Source of the DNA: a virus | Taxonomy: Duplodnaviria > Caudoviricetes | Strand: one strand, 5' to 3' | Length of the DNA stretch: 26,659 nt | IMG/VR virus record: IMGVR_UViG_3300027892_000131 | Coordinates: 1-26,659 of that record | Shown: positions 1 to 6,916 of the stretch, piece after piece | Position numbering within the stretch: position 1 is the stretch's first letter | How the letters are laid out: every line of letters starts with the position of its first letter | The notes under the pieces: model-generated | Databases searched by the model: none | Told to the model about the DNA's origin: nothing | What the model saw: the letters and a program-made list of their open reading frames with translations, nothing else | Translations under genes and position numbers: made by a program

Positions 1-1
1 T

Positions 2-115
2 GAAACAGTTAACGATGTTATAGAACTAGCTAAAGAGTCCGAAGCACAACTAATCGAGAGATTGATAGGGGTTGCATGCTTCTACAGGGACCAGTTCAAT
101 GATGTAAACCAATAA
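2..115 (+). CDS. 3' end of a hypothetical protein (5' partial)
   Basis: Open frame from the window edge reading ETVNDVIELAKESEAQLIERL...DVNQ, TAA at 113-115; same strand as all neighbours. Confidence 0.6.
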   Translation, partial: ETVNDVIELAKESEAQLIERLIGVACFYRDQFNDVNQ

Positions 116-124
116 ATCAAGTAT

Positions 125-307
125 ATGCAGCCAGTATTAATCTACTCCTCAGCATTCACAGAGAAACAGTATATGTCAGCTAGTAAGCTGATAGATGCTA
201 TTTTTGAGTTCAAGAAGAACAGAATTGTTATTGAGAGAAACAGGTTTGTCTATGTTCCATCTGATGGAACTAGAAAGATGACCATTAGATTGAGACGTTA
301 TTCCTAG
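125..307 (+). CDS. hypothetical protein (60 aa)
   Basis: ORF track; co-oriented and followed by a terminator hairpin. Confidence 0.65.
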   Translation: MQPVLIYSSAFTEKQYMSASKLIDAIFEFKKNRIVIERNRFVYVPSDGTRKMTIRLRRYS

Positions 308-314
308 AAAACAA

Positions 315-355
315 ACACATAGGGGACCTAATTGTGTCCTCTATGTGTATTTTTT
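315..355 (+). terminator. intrinsic terminator
   Basis: ACACATAGGGGAC (315-327) pairs with GTCCTCTATGTGT (336-348), 13 bp with one G-U, followed by ATTTTTT. Confidence 0.8.
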
Positions 356-375
356 ATTACCCTTAAACTGATTAT

Positions 376-474
376 ATGATTATTGCTATGGTTATTTTAG
401 CATTGATATGGATTTGGATAGCGTATGAAGTTTTTAAAGCCCCATTAATGAAAGATGATGAAGAAAATTATTAA
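376..474 (+). CDS. small single-TM membrane peptide (32 aa, below ORF-track cutoff)
   Basis: MIIAMVILALIWIWIAYEVFKAPLMKDDEENY: hydrophobic N-terminus, acidic tail; fills the gap after the terminator. Confidence 0.6.
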   Translation: MIIAMVILALIWIWIAYEVFKAPLMKDDEENY

Positions 475-604
475 CAAGCTAAACTGTGTACTATTTGGTC
501 ACAAATGGAGAATATATTACGTATATGGAATAAGAGCACATGCTAAATGTGATAGATGTTCCACCAGTGATGACGATTTCATAGATAAATTTATAGAGAT
601 ATGA
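455..604 (+). CDS. small Cys/His protein, DUF1660-like (49 aa, below ORF-track cutoff)
   Basis: MMKKIINKLNCVLFGHKW...AKCDRC...: CxxFGHKW plus CxxC pattern; ATGA overlap with the HTH gene. Confidence 0.65.
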   Translation: MMKKIINKLNCVLFGHKWRIYYVYGIRAHAKCDRCSTSDDDFIDKFIEI

Positions 605-801
605 TAACATTTAGAACCAACCTTCTCACATTGAGAACATCATTAGGACTCTCTCAGGAAGCATTTGGACAATCAATAGGTGTAAGCAGAGGATGTGTAC
701 AAGCATATGAAACAGGAAGATGTCAACCAAGTCTTGCAACCATAAAACTTATTGCTGAAGTGTACAATATCGATGATTTATACTTATTTTTGTTTAAATA
801 A
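601..801 (+). CDS. XRE/Cro-family helix-turn-helix transcriptional regulator
   Basis: LRTSLGLSQEAFGQSIGVSRGCVQAYETGRCQPSLATIKLIAEVY matches the HTH_3 pattern (lsQeela..lGvs...i..yE.G...P). Confidence 0.9.
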   Translation: MITFRTNLLTLRTSLGLSQEAFGQSIGVSRGCVQAYETGRCQPSLATIKLIAEVYNIDDLYLFLFK

Positions 802-808
802 AAATGTT

Positions 809-877
809 AGCCAAATAGCTTAACTGGAAAAGCAGCCTTTGTTTTGCAAGTTGTGGGTTCGACTCCCATTTTGGCTA
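809..877 (+). tRNA. tRNA-like element or pseudo-tRNA with shortened anticodon arm (identity unassignable)
   Basis: Acceptor stem AGCCAAA/TTTGGCT (7 bp), T8A9, D arm GCTT-AACTGGAA-AAGC, T arm GTGGG-TTCGACT-CCCAT, discriminator A877. Only 13 nt (GCCTTTGTTTTGC) lie where a 17-nt anticodon arm should be; followed by CTA rather than CCA. Confidence 0.7.
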
Positions 878-878
878 C

Positions 879-972
879 TAACACATAAACTTAAGTACCC
901 ACACAGCGGTGAGATGGGCTAAGTAAGATACAATTCCTCGGAGCTGGGAGTAGAATGCTTAAGAGTGTGTTA
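879..972 (+). ncRNA. candidate structured RNA (three-way junction)
   Basis: TAACACAT/GTGTGTTA (879-886/965-972) and CTTAAGTA/TGCTTAAG (890-897/956-963) close two inner hairpins (898-918, 933-951); GC-rich relative to its flanks and non-coding. Confidence 0.4.
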
Positions 973-975
973 TTA

Positions 976-1033
976 TATACCTAATAGGGTATAGTTATAT
1001 GTTTTATTTATTAATTACACCCTAAAGGGTATA
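976..1033. promoter_or_regulatory. pair of 18-bp palindromic operator-like sites TATACC-N6-GGTATA
   Basis: TATACCtaatagGGTATA (976-993) and TACACCctaaagGGTATA (1016-1033), 40 bp apart; the same pair recurs at 6917 and 6958. Confidence 0.6.
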
Positions 1034-1043
1034 AAAACAAGTT

Positions 1044-1262
1044 ATGAGCTCAAAAGAAAAAGCAGAAGATATTTACCAAATGATGGCTTTTGCAATAAAA
1101 GGAGTGTATCCTAACTTTGATTATGAAGGAGCTAAACAATGTTCGATAATTGCAGCAAATGAAGCAAAAAAATGTACTAAATATGAAAAACAAACGTTTG
1201 AGGATGATAGATTCTCAGAAGATTATTGGACGCTAGTTGAACAAGAAATAAATAAATTATGA
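1044..1262 (+). CDS. hypothetical phage protein
   Basis: ORF track; ATGA overlap with the next gene. Confidence 0.8.
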   Translation: MSSKEKAEDIYQMMAFAIKGVYPNFDYEGAKQCSIIAANEAKKCTKYEKQTFEDDRFSEDYWTLVEQEINKL

Positions 1263-1450
1263 CTGTACAAGAAATAACAAAGCTAGCAGAAGCTAGATGG
1301 GAAGAATGTCATGGATGTGATGCTAATGACAAGAACTTTTGGATGAATGGGTTCATCACAGGTTATCTCATGGCAGAAATGAATAACATAGATGACAGAA
1401 TAGAGAAACGTAATGAAAAGATTGCAGACATTTTAATAAATAATCGATGA
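1259..1450 (+). CDS. hypothetical phage protein
   Basis: ORF track; ATGA overlaps on both sides. Confidence 0.8.
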   Translation: MTVQEITKLAEARWEECHGCDANDKNFWMNGFITGYLMAEMNNIDDRIEKRNEKIADILINNR

Positions 1451-1692
1451 AAGAAACATTAGAAGAAGCAGCTAAAAGATTATATCCTATTGAGTATACA
1501 GGTAGTATGTTTATGCCAAATCGTGATGAGTTATACAATTCAATCAAACAAGAAGCATTTATTGAAGGTGCTAAATGGCAGCAAGAAAGAATGTACACTG
1601 AGGAAGAAGTGATAGAAGTAATGCAATTTGGAAGAACAATGACAAGTGAAAATACTTATAAAGCATTTGATAGATTATTTAAAAAACAATAA
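1447..1692 (+). CDS. hypothetical phage protein (ETLEEAA...GAKWQQE type)
   Basis: ORF track; translationally coupled; shares AKWQQE with the next ORF. Confidence 0.8.
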   Translation: MKETLEEAAKRLYPIEYTGSMFMPNRDELYNSIKQEAFIEGAKWQQERMYTEEEVIEVMQFGRTMTSENTYKAFDRLFKKQ

Positions 1693-1695
1693 ACT

Positions 1696-1947
1696 ATGGC
1701 ACAACACTTTAATCAACTTACAGTTTACGAGAAGATGAACTTACTAATTGATGTATCTAACGGGATAAAAGCAGACTTAGAGGCTAAATGGCAACAAGAA
1801 CATGGACAAGAGGTTGGACACAATGACCAAGTAGATGTAATTGATTTAATACAATTTCTTTCTATGAACCAAGAGTTTAATGGATATGGTTCTGTCTCAA
1901 AAGAGACAGCTAAACATTTCTTAGAACAATTTAAAAATAAACTATGA
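1696..1947 (+). CDS. hypothetical phage protein (AKWQQE motif)
   Basis: ORF track; 3-nt gap upstream and ATGA overlap downstream. Confidence 0.8.
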   Translation: MAQHFNQLTVYEKMNLLIDVSNGIKADLEAKWQQEHGQEVGHNDQVDVIDLIQFLSMNQEFNGYGSVSKETAKHFLEQFKNKL

Positions 1948-2393
1948 ATAAAGAATTTGTTACTTGCGAGATAGCGATAGCTCTTAAAGAGCTAGGATTT
2001 AATGAACCTTGTTTTACGACATATGACCATGAAGGTAGATTGAGAAATCCTTTTGATTATGCTAAGAGCGAATATGATGGAGATGCTTTGTATATAGAAG
2101 ATACAAAAGAATGGATTTACAATAGTGGTTTAACTATTAAGAATTTCAATGCTCCTACTCATTTGTTTACACAGTTTATTGCTGCTCCATTGTACCAACA
2201 AGCATTTAGATGGTTTAGAGAGAAGTATGGGATAGTGGGTATTGTTAAATTTGGAACACAGGAGTTCACATATAATATCTATAACAATGATGCTATAGGA
2301 TTATTAACAAAGGATTCTTTAGACTTTAATGCTACCTACGAAGAAGCAGAAATTGCTTGTTTAAAGAAATTGATTGAAATTGTAAAATCATGA
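1944..2393 (+). CDS. hypothetical phage protein
   Basis: ORF track; coupled; pattern LKELGF.EPC...APLYQQAFRWFREKY...TYEEAE, recalled from Bacteroidetes phage proteins. Confidence 0.85.
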   Translation: MNKEFVTCEIAIALKELGFNEPCFTTYDHEGRLRNPFDYAKSEYDGDALYIEDTKEWIYNSGLTIKNFNAPTHLFTQFIAAPLYQQAFRWFREKYGIVGIVKFGTQEFTYNIYNNDAIGLLTKDSLDFNATYEEAEIACLKKLIEIVKS

Positions 2394-2647
2394 GTAAGAA
2401 AGTAGAAATAATCAATCGTGTAGCAGCTGTTGCACCACTTAATCAATATTGTTCATTCTCTATGGGAGGGAGAAAAGATAAAGATGATTTTGTAATGGTT
2501 ACAGAATGGATTAACATGGAGGGAGTTGACATAGAAATCCATAGTGTTGATGGTATACATAAATTTATGCTAACCTATGGACAATTTGATGCTCTTAAAG
2601 CATGTGTTAAAGAAATTAATAACGCATACAACTCTAAAGAATTATAA
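2390..2647 (+). CDS. hypothetical protein
   Basis: ORF track; ATGA overlap. Confidence 0.8.
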   Translation: MSKKVEIINRVAAVAPLNQYCSFSMGGRKDKDDFVMVTEWINMEGVDIEIHSVDGIHKFMLTYGQFDALKACVKEINNAYNSKEL

Positions 2648-2720
2648 TCACAATGAAATGTGATTTTTGGTAGTATCACTGCCTAAAATCATGTAATTTT
2701 AAACTAAATCACATTATAAT

Positions 2721-2921
2721 ATGAAAAGTTTATACAATCACGTATTTCATTACAACCACTTAACAGAATTGTGGAGTGCTATTCCTAGAGACAAATTGAA
2801 CGAGTATTGGAGCAATTATGAGACAGAAGGTGTTCTTAGAGCAAAAGATTTTATGGTTCTTGTAGAACTTATTAATAAAGGTAATACCTTTGTGGAATCT
2901 ATAGAACAATCAAATCCATAA
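2721..2921 (+). CDS. hypothetical protein
   Basis: ORF track; ends 4 nt upstream of the glycosyltransferase. Confidence 0.8.
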   Translation: MKSLYNHVFHYNHLTELWSAIPRDKLNEYWSNYETEGVLRAKDFMVLVELINKGNTFVESIEQSNP

Positions 2922-2925
2922 ATCT

Positions 2926-3741
2926 ATGTACATTGAAGGAATCACTGTCTGTGTTAACTATTCAGACTTCTTAGCCCACACACTACCTCAGAACAAACAG
3001 CATTTTAACAAACTCATTGTTGTTACAAGCACTGATGATGTATTAACACAGAAATTGTGTGAATATCATCATGTAGAATGTATTACAACAGATGCATTCT
3101 ATACCAATGGAGATAAGTTTAATAAGGCTAATGGTATAAATGAGGGACTAAAAGCCCTTAGTAAGAAGGAATGGGTGATACACTTTGACAGTGATGTCTA
3201 TCTGCCACCTTTGACAAGAAACATACTGGAGAACATAGATCTTAACTCTGATACACTATATGGTGTAGACAGAATGATGTGTCCTAGCTATGAAGATTGG
3301 CAGAGGTTTGTAACAGCTCCTAATTTAACACATGAAGGATGGGTTTATGTACATACAGATGTGTTTCCTATGGGTGTTAGAATAGGAGAATATATGAGCA
3401 AAGGATATGAACCAATAGGATTCTTTCAAATGTGGAATCCTATTGTTTCTAATGTTCATTCCTATCCAAATCAACATGGAAGTGCTGATAGAACAGATGT
3501 ACTGTTTGCTAAACTGTTTAGTAGAAACAAAAGAGCTCTTATTCCTGAAATAATAGCTATTCATTTAGACAGTGAAACTCATACAACACATTCTATGGGT
3601 AAGAATTGGAGTGGTAGAAAGACAGCACCATTTACAATTGATGGTAGGTTTAAATTCATCACTCCTCCTGTTGTTACAGATGGATATAAGTTTGATCAAT
3701 CAGTGTTATCTAAATGGGTAGATAAAAAAAAAGATTTATGA
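2926..3741 (+). CDS. GT-A fold (GT2-like) glycosyltransferase
   Basis: N-terminal ITVCVNYSDFL, LIVVT, FNKANGINEGL and the metal-binding DxD motif in WVIHFDSDVYLP. Confidence 0.8.
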   Translation: MYIEGITVCVNYSDFLAHTLPQNKQHFNKLIVVTSTDDVLTQKLCEYHHVECITTDAFYTNGDKFNKANGINEGLKALSKKEWVIHFDSDVYLPPLTRNILENIDLNSDTLYGVDRMMCPSYEDWQRFVTAPNLTHEGWVYVHTDVFPMGVRIGEYMSKGYEPIGFFQMWNPIVSNVHSYPNQHGSADRTDVLFAKLFSRNKRALIPEIIAIHLDSETHTTHSMGKNWSGRKTAPFTIDGRFKFITPPVVTDGYKFDQSVLSKWVDKKKDL

Positions 3742-3866
3742 AAATTCAATTCTTCACAGATGCATTTAGTTATTACATTCTTCCAGCCATAAGAGTGTGG
3801 ATTGATTGTAATGTATATTTAGAACTTGTTTGGCTCAAATGGGGCATAGGCATAAAAATTAAATAA
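3738..3866 (+). CDS. small Trp-rich hydrophobic protein (42 aa, below ORF-track cutoff)
   Basis: MKIQFFTDAFSYYILPAIRVWIDCNVYLELVWLKWGIGIKIK; ATGA overlap with the glycosyltransferase and TAATG overlap with polB, filling the gap exactly. Confidence 0.75.
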   Translation: MKIQFFTDAFSYYILPAIRVWIDCNVYLELVWLKWGIGIKIK

Positions 3867-5032
3867 TGGATGTACTGATATATGACATTGAGACAATGAA
3901 AGAGTTCTTCTTAGTGGTTGTATACAATCCACAGGAAGACAAGTATTATGAATTTGGTGTAAACAAATTAAGAAATGATCTCGACAAGTTCGTTAGATTC
4001 ACAGAATGTCACACAGACTGGTTTTGGGTGGGTTACAACAATCTCAGATTTGACAGTCAAGTGGTTGAATGGGTCCTCAGAAACTATGATCAGTGGCATC
4101 AGCTTAGTAGTTTGGACATATGTGGACGAATAGCACAAAAGGCTGCTGATGTCATACATGATGCAAACTATGATGTATTTCCTGAATATAGAGAAGAAGA
4201 GCTAAGCCTTAAACAGCTTGATTTGTTTAGGATACATCACTACGACAATAAGAACAGACGTGTGAGTCTTAAAAGGTTAGAGTTTGAAATGGACCTAGAG
4301 AACATTGAAGAAATGCCTATACATCACAGTAAAACAGATATGACTGATGTAGAACTGTTACAAACAGTGGATTATTGTGTAAATGATGTACAAGCTACAT
4401 ATCAATTCTATCTAGTCACCATAGGCAAAACTGATCATCCTCTATACAAAGGAGAGAATAGGATTGAACTTAGACAGGATATACAAGAAGAGTTTGGTAT
4501 TCCTTGTCTTAACTATTCAGACAGTAAAATAGGTGATGAGATGATTAAGAAATACTATTGCCAGGAGAAGAACATCACTTACAAAGAACTTCCTAAGAAA
4601 GGATTCTTTAGAAAGGAGATTGTTGTAAAGAGATGTATTGCTGATTATGTAGAATTTCAAACAGATGAGCTTAAAGAGTTCTTGAGTAGGATTAAGAAGA
4701 TGAAGCTTGGTATGCAAGATGATTTCAAAGAAGAGATACATTTCTATGGTAATGTATATTCTTTTATGAAGGGTGGTATTCATACAGAGAACAAACCTAA
4801 AGTGTTTGAGGCTGATGATGAATATGAAATCATCGATTGGGATGTAACCAGTTATTATCCAGCCATCATCATTAATAATGGTCGCTATCCTAAGCATTTA
4901 GGTAAAGAGTTTCTACGTGGTTATCAACAAATGTTTAATAAACGTATAGAACTCAAGCCTTTAGCTAAGAAGGATAAGAAGATTAAGGGTATTGTAGGAG
5001 CTCTAAAGCTTGCTGTTAATAGTGTCTACGGT
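3866..5032 (+). CDS. polB: family-B DNA polymerase, exon 1 (3'-5' exonuclease, motif A, first part of motif B)
   Basis: ExoI YDIET, ExoII GYNNLRFD, ExoIII YCVNDV, motif A DWDVTSYYP, motif B KLAVNSVYG; the unspliced frame stops two codons later at TAA 5036-5038. Confidence 0.92.
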
Positions 5033-5063
5033 TGTTAAAAAATTGTTAAGTTTAATTTAGTTC

Positions 5064-5094
5064 TTTGAATTTACGGAAAGTTTTAGTAAGTTTG
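5064..5094 (+). promoter_or_regulatory. Bacteroidetes-type primary-sigma promoter for the intron endonuclease
   Basis: TTTG (5064-5067)-N19-TAAGTTTG (5087-5094) matches the TTTG-N19-21-TAnnTTTG consensus; ends 14 nt upstream of ATG 5109. Confidence 0.7.
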
Positions 5095-5108
5095 TAAAAA
5101 TTCTTATT

Positions 5109-5936
5109 ATGGAAATTGTAATAGCACATGGTTGTTCTTTAGAGAAGCCTGGAGTTTATGTTATTGAGAATCTAATGAATAATAAAGTGTACATTGGATC
5201 TTCTAAAATGAGAGTTATAAAAAGAGTAGAACACCATGTTTCTATGTTAAGAGCAAGAAAGCATAAGAATACTTATTTGCAGAATGCTTTTAATAAATAT
5301 GGTGAAACTAGCTTTTGTGCCTCTGTTATAGAAACTACAGAAAAACATAACACTCTTGAAAGAGAACAATATTGGATAGATAGAGAAGAAAAAGAAAATC
5401 TATATAATATTAATCCTTTTGCTTCAGGTACTCCTAATATGTCAAAAGAGACAATATTAAAGAGAGCTGAAACTATGAAAAGAAAATATGCTTCTGGAGA
5501 AATAGAATCTAATTTTAAAAAAGGGCACACTCCTTGGAACAAAGGAAAAACTGATATAGATTACTCTTATTTAAAAGGTGTAAAGAAAACTAAATCAGAA
5601 AAAGTGTTAGATAAGCTCAAAAAACAGAGTGAACAAATTAGAGATCTTTCTCCAAGAGTATATGTTTATGATGTGAATTATAATTTCTTAGGAAAGTTTA
5701 GATGTGCTAAAGATCTTGAAGAATGGTCTTTGACAGAACATAATAATCTACCTATCAAGGGTAGATTTGAAAAAGAAAGAATGGGGAAACCATTAACTTT
5801 CTTAAGTTCTGGAAACATCAACAAAGCTTGCAAAACTGGTAAATTTTACAAAGGACTGAGATTTAACAATCAGCCGCTTTATGGAGAGATCCATATTGAA
5901 AAATCGAGTAAAAACGGTGAAGGGTGTGATTCCTAA
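5109..5936 (+). CDS. intron-encoded GIY-YIG homing endonuclease
   Basis: GVYVIENLMNNKVYIGSS, R...H, LEREQYWID, LYNI; C-terminal DNA-binding modules (FKKGHTPWNKG; NUMOD1-like VYVYDVNYNFLGKF). Confidence 0.93.
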   Translation: MEIVIAHGCSLEKPGVYVIENLMNNKVYIGSSKMRVIKRVEHHVSMLRARKHKNTYLQNAFNKYGETSFCASVIETTEKHNTLEREQYWIDREEKENLYNINPFASGTPNMSKETILKRAETMKRKYASGEIESNFKKGHTPWNKGKTDIDYSYLKGVKKTKSEKVLDKLKKQSEQIRDLSPRVYVYDVNYNFLGKFRCAKDLEEWSLTEHNNLPIKGRFEKERMGKPLTFLSSGNINKACKTGKFYKGLRFNNQPLYGEIHIEKSSKNGEGCDS

Positions 5937-6114
5937 TACCGTGCTAAACTAATAGATTACGAAAGGCTATTAGTCAGTGTAACGCATAGGAGATGAATAA
6001 ATATAATTCTCCCACGAGTGCTCGACATCCTTAGGGATGAAAATATATGCTGGACTTACAGGAATAAGAACTGTAAGAACTATAGGATAAAAAGCCTGTA
6101 GGATAACAAAATCG

Positions 6115-6906
6115 AAGTCTAGTGACATGCAGAGTTGGATTTATGACAGAGAGCTTACAATGTTCACCACTATTACAGGTGAATTGAGCATCATGATGCT
6201 TGCTGAGATGTATGAAACTAATGGTATACACGTAATTAGTGCTAACACAGACGGTATAACTGTTAGAATACATAAGAACAAGCTTGAGGATATGCGTAAG
6301 ATTAATATATGGTGGGAAAATCTTACAACCTATGAGCTTGAAGCAACGCATTACCAGAAGATTATATTTAGCACAGTAAATGACTACCTAGCAATTAAAA
6401 CAGATGGAGAAATTAAGAAGAAAGGAGATTTTCTCACAGATTTTGAGCTTCATAAAAACAAGTCTGCTCGCATTGTTCCTCTTGCCCTTGAGGCTTATTA
6501 TGTACATGGTGTTCCTATTGACGTTAGTATCCGCAATCATAGTAATATTTATGATTTTTGCTTACGACAAAAGTCTAGCAAAGATTTTCACTATGAGGGT
6601 TGGAACAAAAAAACAGGAGACAAAACAGTTTATAACAAGCTCATCAGATATTATGTCAGTAGAACAGGAGAAAAACTCTTAAAGGTGAAGAATCCTGAAT
6701 GTGACACTGATGCTGCTGATGTTAGTCAAGTGGAAGCAGGTGATTGGGTGATGCATGTATGTAATCATCTAAAGAAAGATCATCCTCTAGACAACATCAA
6801 TTACGAGTATTACATAGAGAAGGCTGAACGAATAGTTCATAAAATTCTATATGAAGGTAAGAAACGTAAGATTGTAGTGAATCCTAATCAACTCAGTTTG
6901 TTCTAA
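6115..6906 (+). CDS. polB: family-B DNA polymerase, exon 2 (spliced product about 652 aa)
   Basis: Begins KSSDMQSWIYD; contains TITGEL, motif C ISANTDGI, and VNDY...KKKG. Confidence 0.92.
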   Translation, partial: KSSDMQSWIYDRELTMFTTITGELSIMMLAEMYETNGIHVISANTDGITVRIHKNKLEDMRKINIWWENLTTYELEATHYQKIIFSTVNDYLAIKTDGEIKKKGDFLTDFELHKNKSARIVPLALEAYYVHGVPIDVSIRNHSNIYDFCLRQKSSKDFHYEGWNKKTGDKTVYNKLIRYYVSRTGEKLLKVKNPECDTDAADVSQVEAGDWVMHVCNHLKKDHPLDNINYEYYIEKAERIVHKILYEGKKRKIVVNPNQLSLF

Positions 6907-6916
6907 TTAGTAATAT

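Larger units (their letters stand above)
5033..6114 (+). mobile_element. group I self-splicing intron (1082 nt) in polB
   Basis: The 5' exon ends in U (GGT|) and the intron ends in G (AAAATCG|AAG); splicing restores NSVYG-KSSDMQSW in frame. Core: P3 TCGAGTA/TGCTCGA, P4 region AAAACGGTGAAG / AATACCGTGCTAA, P7 GCATA/TATGC, P8 CATCCT/GGGATG, P9 hairpins CTTACAG/CTGTAAG and CTATAGG/CCTGTAG. Confidence 0.92.

Noticed and set aside
879-972. Theta/HDV-like or hammerhead ribozyme call
   Set aside because: TTCCTCG resembles an HDV L3 loop, but I could not build P1/P3/P2, and there is no CUGAUGA/GAAA core; left as unassigned.
5033-6126. Intein, frameshift or naturally two-subunit polymerase as the explanation for the polB split
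   Set aside because: An in-frame TAA follows the Cys codon, the endonuclease is in another frame, and a full group I core with U/G junctions is present.
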